Of a DNA stretch of 64,000 bases, positions 10,129 through 18,776 are shown piece by piece. The DNA lies in IMG/VR virus record IMGVR_UViG_3300045988_158973, positions 1 through 64,000 of that record; one strand, 5' to 3'. Positions within the stretch are counted from its first letter, which is position 1. Every line of letters starts with the position of its first letter. A program made the position numbers and the translations under genes. The DNA is from a virus. Under the pieces are notes generated by a model. The model did not search any database. It was not told the DNA's origin and saw only the letters and a program-made list of their open reading frames with translations.

Positions 10129-10917
10129 CTAAAACATATTCATGATACCGCACGTGAGCAGATCACTGACCTGTCCCAGTACCCGCGTTACACTTCTGCT
10201 CAACGATTGGTTCATGACCTGCCCCAAGAAGTCGTTGAGGGACTTGATGGTGGTATAAGCGGCCACGGCGCGTAACTCGATCGAGTAATTCCAGATCATG
10301 TTGCTGTTCTCGTCCATCGAGTAGTTATCCTGAACGACCTCAACGTAGTACGCCGTGTTGAAGGCGTGGTTGGTGAACACCAGCCGATAGGGCTTTCCGT
10401 TAGGGTCCAACTTCGTAGCCGCGGTCAGGATTTTCTGCATCATCTTAGTAAGGCCATACCCCGTTTTGGCGATCATCGTACGGTTATCGCCTACTCCGGC
10501 GGCTCCTGTAAACATGCCGATGTTGAAGAACGGGATGGAGGCTCCTTCTTCAGCCTGATCCTTGAACTGCTGCTGGCCGAACGAGACGCGCAACTTGCGG
10601 CCGAACGTACCGCGCAGTGAAATATCGACGGGGTTGAACGACGGGTTAATCATCGACACCACCACGTTGTTGGTCTTGGTGATAGTAGTAAGCGATGTCC
10701 GGCTTTCAGTGATGTTACTGGGCATGACAGGCAGGTTCATGAAAGCCGCGGTTTCACCGCTCGACCTTATCAACTCCAACGTACACATGTAGTACTCGTA
10801 GTCGTCCGGCGCAACAGCGTGTACCAACCCGCGGCCCATCGTAACAAGCGCGTCGCTCGCTGCGCTGGCAAAGTCGCCTTTGGCTTTATTGAGAACTGTT
10901 CCTGCTATGGTCGGCAT
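10129..10917 (-). CDS. baseplate component (262 aa)
   Basis: Intact co-oriented ORF in the baseplate block. No motif recognised. Confidence 0.4.
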   Translation of the reverse strand: MPTIAGTVLNKAKGDFASAASDALVTMGRGLVHAVAPDDYEYYMCTLELIRSSGETAAFMNLPVMPSNITESRTSLTTITKTNNVVVSMINPSFNPVDISLRGTFGRKLRVSFGQQQFKDQAEEGASIPFFNIGMFTGAAGVGDNRTMIAKTGYGLTKMMQKILTAATKLDPNGKPYRLVFTNHAFNTAYYVEVVQDNYSMDENSNMIWNYSIELRAVAAYTTIKSLNDFLGQVMNQSLSRSVTRVLGQVSDLLTCGIMNMF

Positions 10918-10945
10918 CGTCTTAAATTTACATCAATTATACTTG

Positions 10946-11392
10946 TTACACGGGTATGGCCGACAACGCAGCGTCGGCTGCGGCCAGAGTTTGAGCCGCG
11001 GCGGTTACAGGGGTCGGGAGCGGTAGCATGAAACCACCAACGATACGTATAACTTGCTGGATGGCAGCATTACCGGTAGCCACCTGCGCTTTGGCGGTAG
11101 CTGCGCCGGACTTGGCTGACGCTATGACGCCCGCGGACGCTACACCCGCCATCGGGTCAGCGCATACGGCTTGAACGCCTAACGAAGTGGACGCCTCAAT
11201 GGCGTTGGTGCCGGATGTTTCAGCAGCTTCCAACCACGTTTCGGCTTCATCGATCTTTTGCTGGATAGAATCGCCAACCGACTGCTCCATGTCGTCAACG
11301 TAGCTGTCAGCCTCTTCTTTGGGCAGCGTGGCGAGGTAGTCCTTACACGTAGCGCGGATAACCATTTTGGGGTCTATTCCTAACTTTCCCAT
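10946..11392 (-). CDS. small Ala-rich baseplate/tail-tip protein (148 aa)
   Basis: Intact ORF between the spike-like and baseplate genes. C-terminal half is Ala/Gly/Val-rich. Function unknown. Confidence 0.35.
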   Translation of the reverse strand: MGKLGIDPKMVIRATCKDYLATLPKEEADSYVDDMEQSVGDSIQQKIDEAETWLEAAETSGTNAIEASTSLGVQAVCADPMAGVASAGVIASAKSGAATAKAQVATGNAAIQQVIRIVGGFMLPLPTPVTAAAQTLAAADAALSAIPV

Positions 11393-11396
11393 GGCG

Positions 11397-12260
11397 TTAA
11401 TGTGATAATTTCTTGTCCTCCATCTTTGGCATTTCGCTGGCCATCCAACTCGAAAGGTTCGAACCGGACGAGGCTATCAGGAGGTCTTTTTGGAGAGCCT
11501 GAACCAGCGATTCGATTTGCGCGATATTCACCACGCCGCGGTTTGCGCCGCCGTTGAACGAAGCCTTTTCACCCTTCACGATAAACGTCGACTTGCCGCC
11601 CTTGGTGGTATACTGCAATTCGTCGTCTTGAAGAACTACTTCAATGCCGGCCTCCGTATCAACGCCATTCACTATGTGTGCCGTTACGCGGGTTGCGGAA
11701 GTGATCTCGACGTGCTTATCACCCGATACGCTTATATCGGCGTCGGAAATGATGTTCACTTTGGAATCGACGTTAGCCGACTGAACTCGGATATTAATTT
11801 CAGCAGGGGTGTCCTCCGTACCGCCGACGTAGATGTCGATGATACCCTGAGAGGCGTCGGTCTTCACCTCGGCAACCACTCCGTTTGATTCCTTGCGCAT
11901 AGTACGCTGACCCGGTTGTTGCTGGTTGAACTTGCGTAAGTCCAAAGAGTTTACAACGACAGGCCACTGATTGTATTCATCCAGTACCCAGACCACGGGG
12001 GTCCCGAACTCGTCGATCGACACCGGAAACTCCACCGTTTCGAGAACCGACGGGGGAATAGGCACGTTGTTGTAAATAGACCTACCTGCGCCGCCCTGAA
12101 TAGACACGGTGTTGGTCCTCATGCAGTTCTGGATGTAGAGTTCGCGGTTCTCACCGCCCTCAGGGATAACGATATAACCTATACCGCCGCACCCCATATG
12201 AAGGTGATTCATCTGTACGCCAAATGGCGCCGGGGTGCGTTTGTAATCTTTTGTTTCCAT
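11397..12260 (-). CDS. putative baseplate central spike / hub protein (287 aa)
   Basis: Follows the hub/lysin gene. The C-terminal half has a repetitive beta-strand-like pattern (VKTDASQGIIDIYVGG...INIRVQSANVDSKVNIISDADISVSGDKHVEITSATRVTAHIVNG) typical of beta-helical spikes. Inference. Confidence 0.4.
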   Translation of the reverse strand: METKDYKRTPAPFGVQMNHLHMGCGGIGYIVIPEGGENRELYIQNCMRTNTVSIQGGAGRSIYNNVPIPPSVLETVEFPVSIDEFGTPVVWVLDEYNQWPVVVNSLDLRKFNQQQPGQRTMRKESNGVVAEVKTDASQGIIDIYVGGTEDTPAEINIRVQSANVDSKVNIISDADISVSGDKHVEITSATRVTAHIVNGVDTEAGIEVVLQDDELQYTTKGGKSTFIVKGEKASFNGGANRGVVNIAQIESLVQALQKDLLIASSGSNLSSWMASEMPKMEDKKLSH

Positions 12261-12263
12261 AGG

Positions 12264-14099
12264 CTATTTTCCGGGCAAAAAGCCGACTTTTTTACATAGG
12301 ATGTTCAAAACGTGTTGATTGATATGGATGTCGGCAATACACTCATTGAAGGTAGTTTTCCCGTCAATGAGGCCGTCCCACTTTTCAGGGTACGCAGCCC
12401 CGCTTTTTGTTTTTCCGAAGTCAACCAAGCCGAAATATCCGCTCAACGCGCTGTAGCCATCAGCCTTATTGACATGAGTCAAATCTTGACCTGTACCGTC
12501 TATCAGGCTTGTCTTCATGCCGCGCGATACCTGTAACGTGGTCGAGCGGAAAACGCGGTTTCCGACGCTTTGGAAAGTATTCGTTACAGCGTCAACGTAG
12601 TACATTTCTTGCGTAGGAACGAAATACATCCACGTACCGCGCTTGATTTGCCGGTTGCCGTACAGGGTGATGGTCCCCTGACGGGTGAATGGCAAATAGA
12701 TCGTCGTTTCGATCAGGTACTTCAAATCGAGCATCATCTGAAGATACGACTTCGCGAAGTTATCACGCGCCTGTTTGCTGATTTCTTCGCTGGCGTTATC
12801 AACATCAGCCTTGCCATCGTTGACGGTGTTGTAGTAGTTGCTTTGAACGTGACAAGCGCGAGCGCCGAATAACGCCGCCATCTCCGGGAAGAATACCGCC
12901 GGAATGTAGTACACCGTACCGTCGTTACCGCCAAACGAAACACGCGGCCGGAGGTAGTACCACGAGTAAGCGTTGGAAACGCTTTGAGTGAAGTTCGTTT
13001 CAACGACCTGCTCCTTCTGAACCACGTGATACAAGCCACTACCGCTCATTGCGTAGTTGTAAGCCCTCAACACGCTGGCGTGATCAAAAGGCGGGCGGCG
13101 GGCGATGAAGTAATATTGGTCGCCCCAAGTTTCTCCCATAAACTCAACGAACGGCTCTTGACACACCTTGTTGAACCAGTTGAGAAGCGAGCCTGTTTGG
13201 TTGGTAATAGTGCCATCAAATACCTGCCGATGAGCCACGTTTTCGTCAATGATAAGTTTGACGATCTGCCATATACCGGGCGCCAAACGCTGCTTCACTT
13301 GAAGGTTTTCGAGTTTAACCTCGGGAATGATAGGCTCGGTGTCTTTGGAATCGAACGGCACTTCTACTTGATTGTAGCGCGTGAAGTCCATCATCCACTG
13401 GTAGTCGGGCACGGGCTTTGACCCCACGTCGGTAGTGAATCGGCGACGGTCGTAGGGGTTGATGTAAGGGGCAAATTCCTTCTTTGAAATGGAGAAATAG
13501 CACTTACTCATCATTTGAGCCGGGTTGAGCCAATCGCCGTTGGCTGCACAATCCAGATGGAGGTGAGGCCCGGTGGATCGTCCGGTATTGCCTGATCTAC
13601 CTAACAGCGTACCGGGATCGAACCATTCACCTTCGCTGATATTGGCGATTTCGCTCAAATGCATAAAGCGTACTGTGGCGTATGCATAGCACGCCACCGC
13701 GTACTCGGCCCACTTCTTACGTGATATGGCGTTATTCGCCAAGTTGGCGGTTTCAAACTGACCGAACGGCCCGACGTTTCCAAACCACCATGCTGGAATG
13801 ATTATCGAAACGTAGTTTCCCGAGGGTTTATTCGGCGTTCGGCTTACACGAACACACTTACAATACCCCGGAGCGTAGATAGCCGTACCAACGGGCATTG
13901 AAATATCCAACCCTTGGTGGAATTCCTTCTTGTTCTTGCCGTCCATGGACAGCGTTCGGTTGCCGACTATGGAGGTTATGAGAAGAGGCGCTGCGGCTGA
14001 TTGACCGTACACACACCACTCAGGGTCCCACGTTTTGAAGGCCCAGTATTCGTTTTCCTTTTGGTCCAGTTTACGTACAAGTCCGGTTCCGATACTCAT
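12264..14099 (-). CDS. tail-associated lysin / baseplate hub with M23 (LytM) peptidase domain (611 aa)
   Basis: The M23 zinc-site motifs are both present: HxxxD (HQGLDISMPVGTAIYAPG) and HxH (GNTGRSTGPHLHLD). Located directly downstream of the tape measure region. Confidence 0.75.
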   Translation of the reverse strand: MSIGTGLVRKLDQKENEYWAFKTWDPEWCVYGQSAAAPLLITSIVGNRTLSMDGKNKKEFHQGLDISMPVGTAIYAPGYCKCVRVSRTPNKPSGNYVSIIIPAWWFGNVGPFGQFETANLANNAISRKKWAEYAVACYAYATVRFMHLSEIANISEGEWFDPGTLLGRSGNTGRSTGPHLHLDCAANGDWLNPAQMMSKCYFSISKKEFAPYINPYDRRRFTTDVGSKPVPDYQWMMDFTRYNQVEVPFDSKDTEPIIPEVKLENLQVKQRLAPGIWQIVKLIIDENVAHRQVFDGTITNQTGSLLNWFNKVCQEPFVEFMGETWGDQYYFIARRPPFDHASVLRAYNYAMSGSGLYHVVQKEQVVETNFTQSVSNAYSWYYLRPRVSFGGNDGTVYYIPAVFFPEMAALFGARACHVQSNYYNTVNDGKADVDNASEEISKQARDNFAKSYLQMMLDLKYLIETTIYLPFTRQGTITLYGNRQIKRGTWMYFVPTQEMYYVDAVTNTFQSVGNRVFRSTTLQVSRGMKTSLIDGTGQDLTHVNKADGYSALSGYFGLVDFGKTKSGAAYPEKWDGLIDGKTTFNECIADIHINQHVLNILCKKVGFLPGK

Positions 14100-15394
14100 T
14101 TCACGTTCTTTTTAGGGTCTTCAGGCGTTGCCGGTTCAATATCGGCCATCGTAGTACGGTCATCACCCCATGGAGTGAACAAGTAGTCTGGGGCGATGGC
14201 GATATTCGAAAGCCAGTTTATAACCTCTTTGAGCACAAATTCCAAGGTGTACATATTGCCCATGAAAGGCAATATAACGCCGTTGACGTTTCGTCCTAAA
14301 AGGCGGTTGACGGCATTCTTACAGTTCAACTGTACGCCTAATCCGTCGCCAGCGTTGGTAGTCGAAATACCTGAAGCGTTGGCGAAGAGTTCGCGTGCGC
14401 CTAAGTCCATAGCCACCGGGAAGAAGAACGATCCGTCGTCGATCAGTAGCTTCATCAGGTCCCGCCCGCGGACGCTGACGTTGGAAACTGCACCTTGTGA
14501 ATCGGTGGAAATAGACACCGAATCCACCAAACCGATCATGTCCCAGACGTCGCCCCGTAACTGAGGTTCGCCTGTACGGTTGGTAAGGTCGGAGTTGATT
14601 TCCTCCACCGTCTTTTCAAACCGGAGGAATATCAAATCGTTTGGCGATATGAGCCAGTTGAAATAGTCGTTTTCGTTCCGCGATACGTCATCAGCGAAAG
14701 TCGTTTTATAGTACGGCTTTTCCTCGATCGAGGCTGAGATGATAGTATTTTCATACGTGCCTGATTCACCGCGAATAGTTTCCTCAATAGCAATATGCGG
14801 CAGACTCAACGTGAAGTTACCGCCATTTTTGGCGACGTTTACTGTCATGGAGCCAACGTAACGGGATATGTCACGCAACGATGAAGCCTTCGTATCATCC
14901 GACCGTTCACTGTTCAGGAACTCTAAGGCTCGAAACCACCCACACACGCGAATGTTAGGGGCCATTTTGCGATATTCCTTCGTTACGACGTTACCTTCGC
15001 TCCGGAAACCGTTTGAGTCCGTTATTTCTAACAATTGCTCGTCAGCCCATTTTACGTAGTCGGTGATCTTGGCTTTGACGTTACTGACGTATAGAACGTC
15101 TTCTTGGCGAATGTTGGTGTAGTACACCCGTATCTTAGCGAACCGCGGCAATGCCATTTCGGGGTCCAACTTATCGGCCGTTAAAGTGTCCAAGACTCCG
15201 GTCAGGCCGTGCTCGAACATGTAGGTGTACTTATCGACTAACGACATCGCTGCCAAGATATTGTCGCGGTTGTCGTCAAACAACTTCTCTGGCGTTATCT
15301 CGTCAATGTGGTAGAAGGCTATGAAATCCTTCATGGTCACCACGCTCTTCTGGTCGTGGATTATATCGACATATCCCTTAACTTCTATCATCAC
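14096..15394 (-). CDS. distal tail / baseplate assembly protein (432 aa)
   Basis: 4-nt overlaps with the tape measure gene upstream and the hub gene downstream. Position is equivalent to Mu gpN/P-type proteins. No motif recognised. Confidence 0.4.
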   Translation of the reverse strand: MMIEVKGYVDIIHDQKSVVTMKDFIAFYHIDEITPEKLFDDNRDNILAAMSLVDKYTYMFEHGLTGVLDTLTADKLDPEMALPRFAKIRVYYTNIRQEDVLYVSNVKAKITDYVKWADEQLLEITDSNGFRSEGNVVTKEYRKMAPNIRVCGWFRALEFLNSERSDDTKASSLRDISRYVGSMTVNVAKNGGNFTLSLPHIAIEETIRGESGTYENTIISASIEEKPYYKTTFADDVSRNENDYFNWLISPNDLIFLRFEKTVEEINSDLTNRTGEPQLRGDVWDMIGLVDSVSISTDSQGAVSNVSVRGRDLMKLLIDDGSFFFPVAMDLGARELFANASGISTTNAGDGLGVQLNCKNAVNRLLGRNVNGVILPFMGNMYTLEFVLKEVINWLSNIAIAPDYLFTPWGDDRTTMADIEPATPEDPKKNVK

Positions 15395-17463
15395 GAACCG
15401 GGGTGAACCTCGTTTTCTTCTATATTGTAATTTGCCAGCGTGCTACCTAACTGCGTAGCGAACTCCTCCGTAGCGGTCAGCAGTTTACCAACTGCCGTAC
15501 GAAATCCGGAGTAGTCGCTCATGTTTTGAAGCATGCTATAATGCGACTCAGTGGCCCCTTGCTTCATAGCCTGACTGGACCGCGAATATTGACGCGCCGT
15601 TTCGCCTGTAGCCAAACCGGGCAACGTTTGAGCCAGTTCGTCGTAGGTTAAATTCGGTAAAACGCCGCGGATGATATTCATAAACGCAGGTGAAGCGAAC
15701 AGAGCGCTCATGTCGCCACGCTGGTCTTTGGGGATATTGGCCATATCAGCGATACGCTGAATCACCATCGAGTTTATTTGGGTCTCGTTGAGGCCAAAAC
15801 TCTGCGGATTGCTCAGTACGTACTGCAGTTGGAAATTGTTCATTTTATCCAGTCCGAACCCTGCGCCGTATTCACGTAAGGCGTCGAACGAGATAGCCTG
15901 CATATTCTCGCTTTGTGGGTTCCCCAGCGCGGAGTCTAATTTGGCGATGACGTCACCCAAACGGCTATCCTGAATGAACCGCGGGTCCATGGCTGCGGAG
16001 TAAGCGGCCTGAGTGGCGTTGGCTACTTCATAGTTCGGTCGATTGTATGCCGAGTAGTACCGCCCCATCAGCTGTTGCTGGATGTCGTACCGTTCCTGCA
16101 TCCGGATGTATCCTAACTCGCCGCCGATGCCGGTATTCACGCCTTCATCGTTGAGGCGTTCGAGTTCGTACGCCAAACGCGAAATTGCCGTGTTAGCCTC
16201 CAAGCCATAGCGGTCATAGCGCGATGCCTGCGCAACGCTGCCTTCACGCAGATTGAACTGGCTTTCGTTGGCGTAGCTGTAGAACGTCCGGTTCTCCCAG
16301 TTAGCCAACACACCAGACGTAGTCATGAGGGCAAGCGCGCGTTGCATAAACTCGGCGTCCTCCAGCCCCAGTTGTTTACGGGTGATTTCTTCGCCGTAGG
16401 CTCCTTGGGTACGGGCGTTGATGACGGTAGCGGTAGCGTTACGGAGTGCGGCGTTACCGGTATTACCACCCCAAATTCCCCGTATCGCGGCCATGTCGCC
16501 CATGGACTCAATACGGTTGGTGGTGGCTATGACGGTTTGACCCACAGCGGCGATGATCGCTCCGGCGATGATACCTGCGATAGGAATGCCAAGCGCGGCG
16601 GCTCCTAAACCAGCGGCCCCCATACCCATGCCAGTGATGTTACCGCTGGCGGCTGAGGTTATCATGCCTGTGCCGGAAGTAGCCAAGCGGGCGTTGGTGA
16701 TGTTCTCGAAGATATCGCCGTTGCCGGCTGCGCTTTGACGTTGATCGAATTCCTGCAACCTTCGACGAGCGGCAACGTAGTCGTCTTGCGACACGGCCCG
16801 CTCCATTTCGTCGGTGAGTTCCTTGCGCTGCAAACGCAAGCGGCCCATGTAGGAATCGTCGCTGCCTGATGACTTCTCACGCGATTCGGTCCGTAACGCC
16901 TCCGCAACGGCCTTCAGGGCGTCCGTCATTTCGCGTTCTACCGCGGCACGCTCACTTTCCTCTTCAGAGGCTAAACGCTCGTCAATCGGCGCAAATTGCT
17001 CTTCAATGGCCCGGAACCGGGGGTTGTACCACGAATCGAGGTCCTGAGCGATGGTCTTGCCTGACGGAAGCGGCTTACCTTCGGGGTTGAACAGTGTACC
17101 GTTAGGGGCGAATGAATATTGGTTAACACGCGCTTCACGCTCAGCGTCCAAGCGGTTAACCTCTTCCATGTAACGGCTCGAATTCTCCTCACGAGCCAAG
17201 TCAAAGCGGTTGCGTATTTCTGCCTGACGCTGGGTGACGATACTCCGACCGACATCGTCCAAATAACCTTTGAATCCACTCTGGCCGAACGCCGGGCCGC
17301 CGCCTTGGGACAACGCGCTGCGAAGTTCGCTTACCAAGTCCGACACCGACGCGCTCAACCGCGTATCGCCGCCACTCGCGGGCGGTTCGGGAGGCGTCGG
17401 GGGAGTGCTGGTGCCGCCGGAGCCGTTTCCGTTGATGTTAACTGTTATGTCCCTTTCGGCCAT
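15391..17463 (-). CDS. tail tape measure protein (690 aa)
   Basis: Position after the chaperone pair. Helical/charged N-terminal half and a central Gly/Ala-rich hydrophobic segment (GMGMGAAGLGAAALGIPIAGIIAGAIIAAVGQTV) typical of tape measure proteins. Confidence 0.72.
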   Translation of the reverse strand: MAERDITVNINGNGSGGTSTPPTPPEPPASGGDTRLSASVSDLVSELRSALSQGGGPAFGQSGFKGYLDDVGRSIVTQRQAEIRNRFDLAREENSSRYMEEVNRLDAEREARVNQYSFAPNGTLFNPEGKPLPSGKTIAQDLDSWYNPRFRAIEEQFAPIDERLASEEESERAAVEREMTDALKAVAEALRTESREKSSGSDDSYMGRLRLQRKELTDEMERAVSQDDYVAARRRLQEFDQRQSAAGNGDIFENITNARLATSGTGMITSAASGNITGMGMGAAGLGAAALGIPIAGIIAGAIIAAVGQTVIATTNRIESMGDMAAIRGIWGGNTGNAALRNATATVINARTQGAYGEEITRKQLGLEDAEFMQRALALMTTSGVLANWENRTFYSYANESQFNLREGSVAQASRYDRYGLEANTAISRLAYELERLNDEGVNTGIGGELGYIRMQERYDIQQQLMGRYYSAYNRPNYEVANATQAAYSAAMDPRFIQDSRLGDVIAKLDSALGNPQSENMQAISFDALREYGAGFGLDKMNNFQLQYVLSNPQSFGLNETQINSMVIQRIADMANIPKDQRGDMSALFASPAFMNIIRGVLPNLTYDELAQTLPGLATGETARQYSRSSQAMKQGATESHYSMLQNMSDYSGFRTAVGKLLTATEEFATQLGSTLANYNIEENEVHPGS

Positions 17464-17474
17464 TGTTATTTGCG

Positions 17475-17810
17475 TTAAAAGTCATCCAAGTTGATATTCT
17501 CGTAGTCTTCGTCGATCTCCTCTTGACTCAGTTTAACAACCCGTGAATCGTAGTCGTCGCCCATCATTTCACGCTCCGACTGCTCTTGCGCGATACGCTT
17601 CAGCAACACCTCTTCACGGTACTCGCGTAACTGGTCAAAGAAACTCATCGCCCGGTGACGCGGCGACCCGTAGGCTACACGGTATTTCCTCCGCCACCAA
17701 AGGTCGATCGGGAACTGACTCAGCCAGCGTTCGACGCCACGGTCAGTGACGTCATTCAGCGTCGGCTCCGCCCTTTGCGTTGAGAGACGGCTGGGCATTT
17801 CCTGCCTCAT
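17475..17810 (-). CDS. second tail assembly chaperone ORF (111 aa), overlapping the first
   Basis: Overlaps the 3' end of 17752..18168 by 59 nt in the +1 frame, immediately upstream of the tape measure gene. This is the position of the gpT-like extension of the chaperone pair. Confidence 0.4.
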   Translation of the reverse strand: MRQEMPSRLSTQRAEPTLNDVTDRGVERWLSQFPIDLWWRRKYRVAYGSPRHRAMSFFDQLREYREEVLLKRIAQEQSEREMMGDDYDSRVVKLSQEEIDEDYENINLDDF

Positions 17811-18168
17811 ACAGTTTCGACATCATCGAGTTATACCACGGGGCGATTTGCTGCTTGTACCAAGCCGTGAGTTCCGACGCCAGCCCCGAATCGACGCTCA
17901 TCAGGGACTGCCCTTCAGGGAGGTTCAGCATGTTGCGTACGGCTTTGAGTTTGATCTCGATGAAGGCCATGGCGTCGATCACGTCAACGGCGTAGATCAT
18001 ACTCTTCACGCCGCTGGCCAGCATAACGCCGTAGCGTCCGCCAGAGTATGCGGTTTTGAGGTTCTCGATGTCGATCATCTCACCGACGTTAGGGAACTTG
18101 ACGTTGAGTTTCGCACCACGGAACTCGACTGCTTTCACCTCGGAAAGTTGTTGTTTGTAATCTTCCAT
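17752..18168 (-). CDS. tail assembly chaperone (138 aa)
   Basis: Small acidic protein between the tube and tape measure genes (conserved synteny in long-tailed phages). Confidence 0.5.
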   Translation of the reverse strand: MEDYKQQLSEVKAVEFRGAKLNVKFPNVGEMIDIENLKTAYSGGRYGVMLASGVKSMIYAVDVIDAMAFIEIKLKAVRNMLNLPEGQSLMSVDSGLASELTAWYKQQIAPWYNSMMSKLYEAGNAQPSLNAKGGADAE

Positions 18169-18191
18169 TTTAGACTATTTTGTTTAACAAT

Positions 18192-18228
18192 AAAGAGAGC
18201 ACCACGGGCTTTCCGTAGCACTCTCTTT
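18192..18228 (-). terminator. hairpin terminator after the tube gene
   Basis: Minus strand reads AAAGAGAGTGCTACGG-AAAG-CCCGTGGTGCTCTCTTT, a ~16-bp stem with G.U pairs, followed by an ATTGTT tail. Confidence 0.5.
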
Positions 18229-18256
18229 ATACTTGGTGTTGGTAGATAACGCGGCG

Positions 18257-18757
18257 TTACTCGCTGATACCGTCAAAGAGGATCGGGCTGGTGTACTCAA
18301 ACTCGGTATCGCGTCCCGAGATCTGCCCCTCTTGAATGTCAAAGCCCTCACGGGTAACGAACGCCCCTTTCACCAGCGCGAACGTTTCGTAGGCGGCCTT
18401 AACCATTCCGGTTTCAGGGTCGATTTCGCCGTCTTTGACCTTACGCTGAACAGCGAACTCCAAGCCCTCTTCCTGAAGCAGGATGGCGTTGGCCCAGTCT
18501 TCGACGCTGGTAGTCTGGCGGAAGGTTCCCTTCTTGGACACGTTGGCCAGACGGTTGAAATTGATGGAGTACGAACTGCAACTCAGCGATCCGCTCCATT
18601 CCACCGCCGGAACCTCACTGGGTGTGAGGCTACCGAGGCCGACGACCCGCCCGCGGCGGATGTTCTCCGTGATGCGGACGTTCTTCATCTTACCGACGGC
18701 AACGCTGTTGATGCGGATAATCGCCAGCGGTGCAGTCATTACTTTCTTATTCGACAT
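18257..18757 (-). CDS. tail tube protein (166 aa)
   Basis: Immediately downstream of the sheath-sized gene and upstream of the chaperones. Size is typical. Followed by a hairpin terminator. Confidence 0.55.
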   Translation of the reverse strand: MSNKKVMTAPLAIIRINSVAVGKMKNVRITENIRRGRVVGLGSLTPSEVPAVEWSGSLSCSSYSINFNRLANVSKKGTFRQTTSVEDWANAILLQEEGLEFAVQRKVKDGEIDPETGMVKAAYETFALVKGAFVTREGFDIQEGQISGRDTEFEYTSPILFDGISE

Positions 18758-18776
18758 ATAGCGCTCCTTTCTTTAA

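Noticed and set aside
17752-17822. Canonical -1 programmed frameshift joining the two tail chaperone ORFs
   Set aside because: The downstream ORF is in the +1 frame, not the -1 frame, and no XXXYYYZ slippery heptamer is visible in the overlap. I kept this only as a low-interest +1/independent-start question.
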